From: Klebsiella pneumoniae
GTDB taxonomy: Bacteria; Pseudomonadota; Gammaproteobacteria; Eutrophobiales; Eutrophobiaceae
Length of the DNA stretch: 64,000 bases
Assembly: GCA_945878555.1 (NCBI GenBank)
Contig: CAMDWI010000007.1
Location: forward strand, 67,698 to 131,697
Reading direction: 5' to 3'
Numbering within the stretch: the first letter of the stretch is position 1; every line of letters starts with the position of its first letter. The notes under the pieces were generated by a model. The model was not told where the DNA came from. It saw only the letters and a program-made list of their open reading frames with translations, and made no database searches. Below, in pieces: positions 10,141 through 19,720 of this stretch. The position numbers and the translations under genes are program-made.

Positions 10141-10293
10141 GGGACCCCCCCCTGTAAGCTCTATGAGATTACTTGTTAGTGAATTTTTATTGTTTGTTTA
10201 TTTATAGTCGCCTTAAACTTATTAACAATCTTGTTGTTATTATTGATTACTAGCCGTAATGCGGCTACTCACTCATTTTTATTTTTGCGCAGG

Positions 10294-12204
10294 TTAGCTG
10301 TTTAAAGCACTGGCTTTTACTCGAACAGCAGCATCGGTTTTCCAGTTTTTCTTTCTTTCTTCCAGCTTCAGTACAATGTCCTTGATCGCGTTTGTCACGA
10401 TTTCGTTCTGTGTCTGATCCGCTTCCAGGCCCCCGCGCCCACCTATGCACTTACCTACCGGAGCTGGTGGTGGCGCAGTACCCGCGCCTAATTCAAGCAG
10501 CAATTCAGCTGTATCAACACGTGGGAGAGTTCTGTCCAGCATGCCATCCGTCTTGTCAGCCAGTGCCATGCTAATTGGAGTTCTTCCGCAGCCGTTGACA
10601 GCATCAATTGCAGCACCCTTCTCTACCAGAAATCTGACCAGCTTGTCTGATCCCAGAAATGCAGCCGCATGTAATGCTGTCCAGCCAGTCTCGGTGGCTG
10701 CGTTGACATCTGCACCCAACTTAATCAGACCTTCTGCAATCTTCAGGGCCCTGTCCTCCTCATCATTCGTCATATCTGCCCTGCGTCCCAGACCGACGGC
10801 AGCCATCAGCGATGTGGCAGTACCAACTATCAGGTTATCTTCTGCAGCGTGACTAATCTGTGCCTTGTAGAGCTGCTCGGTAATCTCGGTTCTGACCAGA
10901 GGATCAGCCCCCCGCTCAAGCAGCATTGCGACGGCATCTGCATCCTGCGAGGCTGTTGCAAGAAAAAACGGCGTGGCATTTCTTAAGGTAAACCACGGAT
11001 TTCTTTGTAATCTCAAAATTTCTGGCGGGTACTTCATTGGTGCGTTCACATCTGCGCCCTTTTCCAGCAAGGCAGCTACCAGCTTGTGCATATTGGGTCC
11101 TGGCAGGGGCTTTTTCGTGTCGTACTTCTTGGCTTCGACCGGATACACTTCAACATTCGGCTGTGTCAAATAAGCTCGCACCTGTTCATTCAGTGTCTCA
11201 TCGGGCCTGCATAGAAATCCCTCACCCCCGAAATTACACCACATCTTCTTGTCAGTAATAATCAGACCGTGCAGTACCTTGATACCATCCCTCAAGGCAT
11301 AATGCAGCGGGGTAATACCATTACCGTCCGTCACATTGGGATTCGCACCATTATCAAGAAAATACAAGGCCAGGTCTTCATGCCCCTGAAAGGTCGCCAT
11401 TAACAGCGGGCTACCATCCGATTCAGAAACAGAGTTTACATCAGCGCCTTTTTCAACCAACAATTTAGCCGTGGCAACATCACCTGCGCGAGCTGCAAAT
11501 ATCAGCGGTGTGTAGCCACCCATCGGTACAGCCTTGATGGTTGAGCCTTCATAACCTTCCACTTCCAGAGGCGTGAAATCTTCCTTCAGCATTATCGTTC
11601 TGGCATTCACGTTGGCACCGTTTTCTACCAGTAACTGTGTAATATCTGGATGTTTGAATGAAATCGCCCACATCAGTGCTGTCTGCCCGCGCCTGGGTTC
11701 ACTTACATTAACATCGGCACCGTGTTCCACAAATAACCTGGCTGCTTCAAACAAACCGGTACGAGCGGCTGTCATTAACAAGGTCTCACCGGCCCAGGTT
11801 GCAATATTGGGGTCAGCGCCTGCCTTCAGTAAGGCTTTCACCATCTCTATGCTGCGGTTTTCCGTTGCCAGCATCAGGGGTGTAACCCCGTAGTCATTTG
11901 CTTTATCGGGATCAGCGCCTGCATCCAGCAAACGCTGTACCGTATCCAGCTTGTCCCAATAAACCGCGTAGGCCAAGGCTGTGGCCCCGTCCATCTGCGC
12001 CGCATTAACATCCACCTTCTTGCTATTCATCAGGGAATCAACACCCACCCAATCCTGATTTTTGGCCGCATCCACCAGCGGTAACTCAGTTTGGGCTTGA
12101 GTAGACATACTTAACAGCACAAATACACCCAACACGGCCAGCCTGCCAAAGATTGTTTTCCCTGAACCAACTACATTCATGCTGATTCTACTCATTGTTT
12201 CCAC
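10294..12204 (-). CDS. secreted ankyrin-repeat protein (more than 10 ANK repeats)
   Basis: 636 aa with an N-terminal signal peptide (LAVLGVFVLLSMSTQAQT). It has many tandem approx. 33-aa repeats matching the ANK consensus (G.TPLM.AA..G......LL..GAD.N). Examples: DGATALAYAVYWDKLDTVQRLLDAGADPD, GVTPLMLATENRSIEMVKALLKAGADPN and GWTALHAAAFLGSDKLVRFLVEKGAAID. Confidence 0.8.
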   Translation of the reverse strand: METMSRISMNVVGSGKTIFGRLAVLGVFVLLSMSTQAQTELPLVDAAKNQDWVGVDSLMNSKKVDVNAAQMDGATALAYAVYWDKLDTVQRLLDAGADPDKANDYGVTPLMLATENRSIEMVKALLKAGADPNIATWAGETLLMTAARTGLFEAARLFVEHGADVNVSEPRRGQTALMWAISFKHPDITQLLVENGANVNARTIMLKEDFTPLEVEGYEGSTIKAVPMGGYTPLIFAARAGDVATAKLLVEKGADVNSVSESDGSPLLMATFQGHEDLALYFLDNGANPNVTDGNGITPLHYALRDGIKVLHGLIITDKKMWCNFGGEGFLCRPDETLNEQVRAYLTQPNVEVYPVEAKKYDTKKPLPGPNMHKLVAALLEKGADVNAPMKYPPEILRLQRNPWFTLRNATPFFLATASQDADAVAMLLERGADPLVRTEITEQLYKAQISHAAEDNLIVGTATSLMAAVGLGRRADMTNDEEDRALKIAEGLIKLGADVNAATETGWTALHAAAFLGSDKLVRFLVEKGAAIDAVNGCGRTPISMALADKTDGMLDRTLPRVDTAELLLELGAGTAPPPAPVGKCIGGRGGLEADQTQNEIVTNAIKDIVLKLEERKKNWKTDAAVRVKASALNS

Positions 12205-12228
12205 CCCATCCCCAAAACCATGTAGATC

Positions 12229-13578
12229 TTATGCTTCGCGGCTCAAATCCAGTTCACCGGTTGACATTCCCAACTCACCACCGAAGCTCTCGGTGGGAAT
12301 ACCGGCCTTGTTCAACATGGCAACATGAAGATTGGCAGTGGGTGTACCTTCCTTATACATGACATGACGGCCACCCTTGATCGCGCCCTGACCACTACCA
12401 ATCAATGCCATCGGTATATTCCATTGGCTGTGGATATCTGCATTACCCATACCGGAGCCATACACCAGCATGGAGTTATATAACAGGGAAGTGCCATCAA
12501 TTTCCTTGCTTGCTTCCATTTTTGCCAGGAATTCGCCCAGTAATTTGGCTGTGTAGACGTTAATATCGCCTGCCATTCTCTTCTTGACTGGATTACCACG
12601 ATGGTGCGTCAGCGGATGGTATGGGTCAGTGTGTCCAAGGGCGGTAAATACAATCTCGCTGTATTCGCGCGCGACCATAAATGTGAACACCCTGGTCATG
12701 TCAGTCTGATAGGCCATCAATATCAGGTCATACATCAGTCGTACATGTTCTTCGTATTCAGGGATACCAACTGGCCGCTTGACGTCAGGGAGTTCCCTGT
12801 CGACTGTTGTCTCTGCCTTCTGGATACGCGACTCAACATCACGCAGTGCGGTTGTAAACTCTTCGAGCTTGGCCTTGTCGTTGGCACCAAGTTTATTTTT
12901 TGTCCGATTAAAGTCTTCCTTCACGAAATCCAGAATACTCTTTTGCTCCTGCAATCGTACCCGTCTGGCCTCAGGATCAGTTCCGGCATCTCCGAACAGT
13001 CTTTCGAATACATCACGCGGACTATGTACCATGGGCAAGGGTGTGGTCGGACCGCTCCAGGAGATCGTGTTCGTGTACGCGGAACTATAACCGCCAGCTG
13101 ACTGCCCCGACAACTCAGCAGCATTTTCAATACATAGCTGGAGAGAATCCAGTGGGGTTCCTTTGCCCAGATGCTTGGCCAACACCTGGTCTACAGAGAT
13201 TCCAGCCCGGATTTCACTCAGTGACTCATTCGGTTTGGCACCGGTCAGGAACATGGCACTGCCACCGACGTGTCCACTGACACTTTCCGCATCACCATTA
13301 TTCAGGTTACTGATTACCAGTAATTGATCACGTACATGCTGCCACTGTCCCAGGATGTCCGTTACTTCGTAGTTCTTGCCGGCCGTGGCGGGGCGAAAGC
13401 GTTCCTGGATAATGCCGTTTGGGCTATACACATAACCCACCCGTAACGGGATACTTTTCAGCACATCAGTCGTTGCTCCCAGAGCAGGCATCATGGCATC
13501 CAAAGCCGGTAGCGCAACCGCCGCACTCAGGCCACGCAAAAATGTACGACGTGGTAGAGACTTTTTGAAAATAATCAT
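12229..13578 (-). CDS. DUF1552 (HXXSHH) family protein with a twin-arginine signal
   Basis: 449 aa with a Tat motif PRRTFLRGLSAAVALPALDA and an HPLTHHRGN motif (HxxSHH-like). It overlaps the upstream DUF1592 gene by 4 nt (ATGA), indicating translational coupling. Family recall is from the planctomycete-type DUF1552/DUF1592 pairs. Confidence 0.7.
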   Translation of the reverse strand: MIIFKKSLPRRTFLRGLSAAVALPALDAMMPALGATTDVLKSIPLRVGYVYSPNGIIQERFRPATAGKNYEVTDILGQWQHVRDQLLVISNLNNGDAESVSGHVGGSAMFLTGAKPNESLSEIRAGISVDQVLAKHLGKGTPLDSLQLCIENAAELSGQSAGGYSSAYTNTISWSGPTTPLPMVHSPRDVFERLFGDAGTDPEARRVRLQEQKSILDFVKEDFNRTKNKLGANDKAKLEEFTTALRDVESRIQKAETTVDRELPDVKRPVGIPEYEEHVRLMYDLILMAYQTDMTRVFTFMVAREYSEIVFTALGHTDPYHPLTHHRGNPVKKRMAGDINVYTAKLLGEFLAKMEASKEIDGTSLLYNSMLVYGSGMGNADIHSQWNIPMALIGSGQGAIKGGRHVMYKEGTPTANLHVAMLNKAGIPTESFGGELGMSTGELDLSREA

Positions 13579-16031
13579 GATCCTGCCCTCCTCATTTGAA
13601 ATGGTATACTGTTTACTACACCTAAAACGATTGATGAAAACCTGAAATCTTCAGGTGTGGCATGGCGCACAACCTCACGTACTGCCGGCATATCATAATG
13701 TTCAAGCGTGCGGCCCAAGGCGTACGTTAATAACTTCTGCGTGAATGCACTGACGAATATCTCAGGTTCACTTAACAGGGCCTCCTGTAATTGTGCCGGT
13801 CCCTCAAAGGAGATCCCATTCGGGAGTCTGCCTGCTGCATTGATCGGTTTACCTTCATCCTCGGTACGCCACTGGCCGATTGCATTGTAGTTCTCGAGAC
13901 CGAATCCTATCGGATCCATCTGGTTATGACATACAGCACACACCGGGTTGGCCGGATGAATTTCCATCCGTTGACGCAAGGTCAACACCTCTCCTGGAGC
14001 ACCCTTTACATCTTCCAGCGGCGGAATGTTTACAGGCGGTGGAGGAGGTGGCGAGGCCAGAATATTTTCCAGAACCCATTTACCACGCAACACAGTTGAA
14101 TTTCTGTTCGGGTAAGAGGTGATTGAAAGTATACCCGCACGGGCCAGCAGTCCTTGCTGGTCCTTCGCAAGAGTGACTTTTCTGAAACGATTACCGTAGA
14201 CATCATTAATCCCGTAATGTCGCGCAAGTCGTTCGTTCAGGAACGAGTAATCTGCCCGGAAGAGGTCAAGAATGGAACGATCATCATGAAAGATGCTGCC
14301 AACGAACAAGGATACTTCCTTATAGAACGAGGTACGCAACTCTTCATCAAAGTCGGGGAACGCATCCTCACTCTTCTGCGCCTGTGGCAGGTTACGTAAC
14401 AACAACCACTGTTCCGCAAAGTTATTTACCAGTGATTCAGAGCGCTTGTCCTTGAGCATACGTCGCACTTGCTGCTCAAGCACGGCGGGGTCGCGCAATT
14501 TGCCCTGCTCCGCTATGGTCAACAATTCATTATCGGGAATACTACTCCAAAGCAGAAACGACAACCGCGAAGCCAGGGAGAGGTCATCCAGCGCATAGTT
14601 TTCGCCTGGTTTTACACCTTCAGGATCAGTCTCTATCCGGAACAGAAACTCAGAACTCATCAACAAACCTTCGAGCGACTTGCTGATTCCAGAATCGAAT
14701 GAGCCCTTCTTGCGGCCTTCCTCAAAAAGTCCAAGTAACGGTTCCAAATCTTCATCGTTCACCGGACGTCGATATGCCAGACGCGCCTGCTTCGACAAAA
14801 TCTGTCGTGCACAGGCCAGCTCCTCTTTCTTACTTGCCGGCTTGCAAACAAATATCCTTTCGCGGCTGAGGGTTTCACCAACACCACGTGGATTATATGG
14901 ACCTGCGATGGAGACCGTACTCACTGCAGGTTCGGCCCAGGCACGTCCATAGACATCCTTCACTGATCCCTTGTCGTAACTTTCATAATTGGGCTCAGGA
15001 TAAACCACCCCTTCCCACGCAAAGTTTTCCTTCATAAATGCGACTTGTACGGTATGCGTTCCCGCCGTCATAGGGAACCGAACCAGCAAGGCATCGTCCG
15101 CCCTGCGTTCATACATGGATTGTTCTCGATCTGGTGGCAAGGTATCCGACGCCTCACGACCCAAGCCGATACCTACATTTTCACCACCTACGATCATTAG
15201 TTTGACCCGCTTGCCATCAACCCTCACATCAAGACGACTGGGTTTGGCAAGACCGACTATTAATCCGCCGCCAAAGTTTTGCAGATTAATCTTTATCTCA
15301 TATTCGCCATCAACCGGGAACCTGTGACGGACAGCTATACCACCACGGGAGCCAAAAGGCAGATTTTCATCAGTGCGATCATCCTGCAAAAACTTCGGAT
15401 CGACATTATAGAGTTGAATATCAACATTTGTATCAGGGTCACCCACCGCAAGTTTGGTTACTTGCCTGGCAGCTGTCATATATCTTTCCAGCAGGATCTG
15501 CGATACCGATAGCAGATCACCCAGATTATCAAAGCCACCCGAATTATCCGCCGGCAGCGTAGACGCGCCGTCAATCTCCACTGCCAGCAGATCGCGGACT
15601 GCATTCGTATATTCAGTGCGGTTCAGACGGTGTGCCGTTACACTCCTGCCCGGATTCGGGGCAGCCTCGGCCATCTTGTCGAGATTGCCTTTCAGGTAGG
15701 ATGTGAAAGAACTGTAGAATGCCTCTTCAGGCCGGGGCATACCTACTGGTGGCATTGAACGAAGGGAAAGCTTGGTAATGACCTTTTCCCAGACTTGCGG
15801 TTCCTTGCTTAGATCAGTCAAATCGGCCTTGTCCAGCTTCAGAAATGCCGTATTTAGCGTTTCATTATGGCAAGTGACGCAATATTGATTCAACGTCGAA
15901 CGGTATTTGTCTACAGAGTACTCAGAGTTGGTACCGGGGACGCCTTGAGCCTGAGCGTAAGCGGCACTACCCAGACACAAGATAGCGCCAAGTATCGATA
16001 CCGTTCTATTTCCTGCATTCACTGGATACAT
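13575..16031 (-). CDS. DUF1592/DUF1595/DUF1587/DUF1588-type multidomain protein with an N-terminal c-type haem motif
   Basis: 818 aa with a signal peptide (ILGAILCLGSAAYAQAQG) and a CxxCH motif (CVTCHN) near the N-terminus. The architecture and size match the planctomycete-type cytochrome-domain proteins that pair with DUF1552. Confidence 0.7.
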   Translation of the reverse strand: MYPVNAGNRTVSILGAILCLGSAAYAQAQGVPGTNSEYSVDKYRSTLNQYCVTCHNETLNTAFLKLDKADLTDLSKEPQVWEKVITKLSLRSMPPVGMPRPEEAFYSSFTSYLKGNLDKMAEAAPNPGRSVTAHRLNRTEYTNAVRDLLAVEIDGASTLPADNSGGFDNLGDLLSVSQILLERYMTAARQVTKLAVGDPDTNVDIQLYNVDPKFLQDDRTDENLPFGSRGGIAVRHRFPVDGEYEIKINLQNFGGGLIVGLAKPSRLDVRVDGKRVKLMIVGGENVGIGLGREASDTLPPDREQSMYERRADDALLVRFPMTAGTHTVQVAFMKENFAWEGVVYPEPNYESYDKGSVKDVYGRAWAEPAVSTVSIAGPYNPRGVGETLSRERIFVCKPASKKEELACARQILSKQARLAYRRPVNDEDLEPLLGLFEEGRKKGSFDSGISKSLEGLLMSSEFLFRIETDPEGVKPGENYALDDLSLASRLSFLLWSSIPDNELLTIAEQGKLRDPAVLEQQVRRMLKDKRSESLVNNFAEQWLLLRNLPQAQKSEDAFPDFDEELRTSFYKEVSLFVGSIFHDDRSILDLFRADYSFLNERLARHYGINDVYGNRFRKVTLAKDQQGLLARAGILSITSYPNRNSTVLRGKWVLENILASPPPPPPVNIPPLEDVKGAPGEVLTLRQRMEIHPANPVCAVCHNQMDPIGFGLENYNAIGQWRTEDEGKPINAAGRLPNGISFEGPAQLQEALLSEPEIFVSAFTQKLLTYALGRTLEHYDMPAVREVVRHATPEDFRFSSIVLGVVNSIPFQMRRAGS

Positions 16032-16314
16032 TTCCCCCCCTAGAAGAATTCACCTGCTTGTAACATCTACAGCTACTGCTACATCACTCCCCCTGAACAA
16101 AAATCGAAACTGCCATATAGATTACTGATCAAAATGACTTGCTGAATTGAAAGCCAAATTAGCTAATACGCGTAAATCAGCCTTCGCCAATTATCACTCT
16201 AGCTGAGTCTACATATCCAGTCAAATTTATCAACACATCATAAATCGAATTTACGTTATTCGAATCAACAAGTTATAAATTCAACTCACAACCGTTCTGG
16301 ATAATCCGTAAACA

Positions 16315-16677
16315 CTAATACAAGATAACGAGACACCATATCACCAAAACATTAAGCAGGGCGAAAAATACGGCAGCTGAACCTACATCCTTTGCCTGAC
16401 CCGACAATTTATGATGCTCACCACCAAAGCGGTCCACCACCACTTCAATACCGGTATTCAGTAACTCCACGATCAGCACAATCAGTAATACACCACATAA
16501 CAACGCCTTCTCTACCCCGGTCTCACCCAGCCACAGACCCAGCGGGAACAGGATGACCGCGAGCGCAAGTTCCTGACGAAAGGCCGCTTCACTGGAAAAC
16601 GCATAACGTATACCCTGCGCCGAATATACGGTAGCCTTGATTACCCGCTCCAGACCCTTGGGACCCTGCGCCGACAT
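16315..16677 (-). CDS. dgkA: diacylglycerol kinase
   Basis: Aligns to E. coli DgkA from MSAQGPKGLERVIKATVYSAQGIRYAF through EVVVDRFGGEHHKLSGQAKDVGSAAV. Start moved to the internal Met to match the roughly 120-aa DgkA length. Confidence 0.8.
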   Translation of the reverse strand: MSAQGPKGLERVIKATVYSAQGIRYAFSSEAAFRQELALAVILFPLGLWLGETGVEKALLCGVLLIVLIVELLNTGIEVVVDRFGGEHHKLSGQAKDVGSAAVFFALLNVLVIWCLVILY

Positions 16678-16792
16678 ACTGTGAATTCCATTGATGAGAT
16701 ATAAAGATATTATCCGTAATCGGCTGTCTTTTTCCACAGAATGATCATTACAAGTATATTAATACGAGGTGATAACCTCACGGCCTGTACAG

Positions 16793-16894
16793 CTATCCGA
16801 TGGTGGTTGTGAAAGACCGGGTGCCGCACGGATGCGGCACCCGAGCCTACACGGACGTATTCACGGCGTGTCTTGAACGACCACCATCGGATAG
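16793..16894. repeat. structured intergenic repeat, copy 1 (A' orientation)
   Basis: Core tgtgaaagaccgggtgccgcacggatgcggcacccgagcctacacggacgtattcacggcgtgtcttgaacg. Flanked by a perfect 15-bp inverted repeat, ctatccgatggtggt / accaccatcggatag. Confidence 0.7.
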
Positions 16895-16963
16895 CTGAGG
16901 GTGTCTCTACGGCAACCTACACCCCACAGCCTGTACCCGCTTGTCTGAAGGTGGTTTTGAAAA

Positions 16964-19246
16964 TCAGTACTCAATCTCCAGCCCCGCATACCAGCTCCGC
17001 GGCATACCCGGCCTTGGCCCGTGAGGCTGACGTGACACCATGTACGCCTCATTAAACAGATTATGCACCCCCGCAAACATCTTCATATGCCCCAGAGGTT
17101 TAAAATACAGTGACAAATCGGCAATGCTGTATGAATCAGTGGTGCCGAACCTGGCATCCGGCACACCCGCACCATTCACCTCTGCCTCCACATTGCTCGC
17201 ACTGGTAAATGTTTCATCGACAAAACTGGCACTGACTGCCCCGCCCCAGTTGGCGAAATCCAGGTTCGTACCGAGACTTAACTGGTATTGCGGTATATAG
17301 GGTACCTTGTTACCTTTCAGACCGAAGCTGAAGATAGATTCCGGGTCAGTTGAGCTGGCATCGTTCTGCTGCTCGGCGTTTGTATAGGTAAATGCGAAAA
17401 AATAACGGTTACTAAACTCCCAGTCACTGGCCAGACCGAGATCGTATGTTCCTGTCAGTTCGATACCGCTGGAGTCCACTTCCCCGAAGTTTTCATCCGC
17501 GCCGCTACCGGCGCCACCGATACTGCTTATCACGATCAGGTCTTCAAAACGGGTATAAAACGCGACCGCCTCGGCCATCAAGGTATTACTGCTATTGGCA
17601 TAGCGCATACCCAGTTCATAACCGGTACTGGTCTCCTCCTCCAACCCTGCCACCGCACCACCCGGGCTAGGCGGAGAGAACCCCATATGCACACCGGCTA
17701 ACGCTTCCAGCTCGGGGCTGAACTCATAAACAATACCAACACCACCGGACATCATGTCCAGATCTGCATTTGCTGTTGTGCCACCAACGCGATTATCACG
17801 GCTCTCAAGGTCGAGCGTCTCATACCGGAAACCGGGCTTGATGATCCAGTCCCCCGTACGCATAGTGTCCTGTACATACACCGCCCACGCACCGGTCTCA
17901 GCCTCACGGTTATCCTGTGTGCCGGGGATGCCGCGTGTGATACCGCTGATAGAACCGTTTACTGACTGGGCGTACACATCGTCCCACTGAAACCGGTCTT
18001 CCACGTCATTGTGATAACGTATACCGACGCCGACTTCATGAGCGAGGCCTTCTGAGTCAATACGCCATTCCAGATCGCTCTGCAAACCCCAGGCATAATA
18101 TTCGCGATTGTTGGCACGGACTCGCAAGCCACAAGCCAGCTCGCCGCGCAGACAGGCCAGACCTGTGCCGGACTGTGCACCTGCCAGTGCGGCCGACATC
18201 TCCAGATTGGCAGCAAGGCCACCGGTGGCTGTTCGCAGGTCATTCAACTTGTACCAGTTACGTGCAAACTCGTTGTAATACGCCGTTGTTATTACATCAA
18301 TTTCTTCAGTCGGTGAAATAAAGTAACGCAGATGAGTACGTGACTGTTCGGTATCGATCGTGTCGTATTGTGACGCGGCATAACGACGATAAGGACTCGC
18401 ACGAAAATCTTCTGTACTCAAACCGAGGTAAGTCTCGTCTGCCTGCTTTTCTGTATAACCGTATTTGAACTCGATCCGCTGGTAAGTATTACTGTGTGGC
18501 TCAAATGCCAGTTTTACCATAGGCTCAATATTATAAAATCCGGTCTCACCATTGATCTCGCGGGCGGCGAGACTGTCGACACGCTTGAATCCGTCAGTAT
18601 CACGTCCATATGTTTCGACCACAAAACCCAGTCTGCCCGCACCGGTATTCAGTGTTTTACCGTAGATACCGTGGATGCGCATATCATTGTCTTCACCGTA
18701 TTGCGCACGCAGAAAAACACGTTGTTGCTCCGGTATCGGGGTGGAGATGTAATTCACGATACCGCCGGTAATATGCGGACCGTACTTGACCTGACTGGAT
18801 CCTTTCAGAAGTTCCAGGCCGTCCATGCGACCTGTTGTGGGTGAATAATAGGCAGCAGGGGCGGCATACGGTGCCGGCGCAGCGAGGATGCCATCTTCCA
18901 TCAAAGTAACCTTGGCACTGCGGGTCGTATCAACCCCGCGCAGGCTCAGGTTCGGAAACAGTCCATAACCGTCCTCCTCGCGGATATATACACCGGGTAC
19001 CTTCTGCAGCACACGATTGATATCGTCATAGGACATATTGCTGATGTCAGCATGATCGACGTAATGGGCCGAGCCGGGGATGTCATATATATCACCCCGA
19101 GAACCAATCACGTAAATCTGGGTGAGAACATCTGCATCGGGCGCGGATGTCTGCTGCTGTGCGCTGGCAGTACTGGATAATCCGGAAACGGCTATAAGCA
19201 GCCCTGATATCAAGCTGCCGGAAACTGCATGTGGCTTCAAATACAT
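16964..19246 (-). CDS. TonB-dependent receptor (probably for siderophore or iron uptake)
   Basis: Signal peptide MYLKPHAVSGSLISGLLIAVSGLSSTASA. Plug region (VLTQIYVIGSRGD...VPGVYIRE) and a beta-barrel ending LEIEY. Start set at the second Met, which has an AAGGG ribosome-binding site. A Fur-box-like site lies upstream. Confidence 0.8.
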   Translation of the reverse strand: MYLKPHAVSGSLISGLLIAVSGLSSTASAQQQTSAPDADVLTQIYVIGSRGDIYDIPGSAHYVDHADISNMSYDDINRVLQKVPGVYIREEDGYGLFPNLSLRGVDTTRSAKVTLMEDGILAAPAPYAAPAAYYSPTTGRMDGLELLKGSSQVKYGPHITGGIVNYISTPIPEQQRVFLRAQYGEDNDMRIHGIYGKTLNTGAGRLGFVVETYGRDTDGFKRVDSLAAREINGETGFYNIEPMVKLAFEPHSNTYQRIEFKYGYTEKQADETYLGLSTEDFRASPYRRYAASQYDTIDTEQSRTHLRYFISPTEEIDVITTAYYNEFARNWYKLNDLRTATGGLAANLEMSAALAGAQSGTGLACLRGELACGLRVRANNREYYAWGLQSDLEWRIDSEGLAHEVGVGIRYHNDVEDRFQWDDVYAQSVNGSISGITRGIPGTQDNREAETGAWAVYVQDTMRTGDWIIKPGFRYETLDLESRDNRVGGTTANADLDMMSGGVGIVYEFSPELEALAGVHMGFSPPSPGGAVAGLEEETSTGYELGMRYANSSNTLMAEAVAFYTRFEDLIVISSIGGAGSGADENFGEVDSSGIELTGTYDLGLASDWEFSNRYFFAFTYTNAEQQNDASSTDPESIFSFGLKGNKVPYIPQYQLSLGTNLDFANWGGAVSASFVDETFTSASNVEAEVNGAGVPDARFGTTDSYSIADLSLYFKPLGHMKMFAGVHNLFNEAYMVSRQPHGPRPGMPRSWYAGLEIEY

Positions 19247-19290
19247 CGTCTGACCCTTATTATTATATTGCATATTCTTAACCTAAACGA

Positions 19291-19309
19291 TAAACATTAT
19301 CATTCAATA
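19291..19309. promoter_or_regulatory. Fur-box-like operator upstream of the TonB-dependent receptor gene
   Basis: ATAAACATTATCATTCAAT. Its reverse complement contains AATGATAATG, which matches the Fur consensus core AATGATAATC. It lies about 45 nt upstream of the receptor start, between bfd and the receptor gene. Confidence 0.4.
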
Positions 19310-19398
19310 TGTCAATATAATGTGTAGGGTTATTCCGCTCTATAAATTTTATTTATAGGTTAAACAACCAGTTAAAACGATGACGGGTTCTTGCAGTA

Positions 19399-19605
19399 CT
19401 ACCTGGCGTGGGCTATCGGGGCTTCCATCTGGCTAAGCGCGAGCTCGAGTCGGGAGTGTAAACGCTCTATGACGGTCACGGAACAACGACCGCAGGAACT
19501 GGCCACGTTCAATTTGGCCCTTAACTGCTCAAGCGTGACCGCACCGGCATCTATCTCACGATTGATGTCGGTATCGGTAACGGCATTACATATACAAACG
19601 TACAT
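19399..19605 (-). CDS. bfd: bacterioferritin-associated ferredoxin (BFD-like 2Fe-2S protein)
   Basis: 68 aa starting MYVCICNAVTD, with Cys spacing C-x-C...C-x-x-C as in E. coli Bfd (MYVCLCN...). Located directly upstream of bfr. Confidence 0.8.
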   Translation of the reverse strand: MYVCICNAVTDTDINREIDAGAVTLEQLRAKLNVASSCGRCSVTVIERLHSRLELALSQMEAPIAHAR

Positions 19606-19720
19606 TTTATTTCAGATCAGATCAGTTGACTGCATATGATCATATTACAAATGAGAATTATTAACAACTGTCAGCCAAGCCGGGCAGAATAATGGTTACA
19701 GCCCGGTTTGACAATCATGG

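Noticed and set aside
10141-10293. AT-rich spacer between the ankyrin gene and the large TonB-dependent receptor gene, as a possible mobile-element end or attachment site
   Set aside because: No inverted or direct repeats match the other end of the cluster, and there is no integrase. It most likely holds the receptor gene's promoter.
19274-19398. Possible cobalamin riboswitch upstream of the TonB-dependent receptor (btuB-like)
   Set aside because: No B12-box (GCCACTG) and no long structured leader. The sequence instead carries a Fur-box-like motif, consistent with the adjacent bfd-bfr genes.
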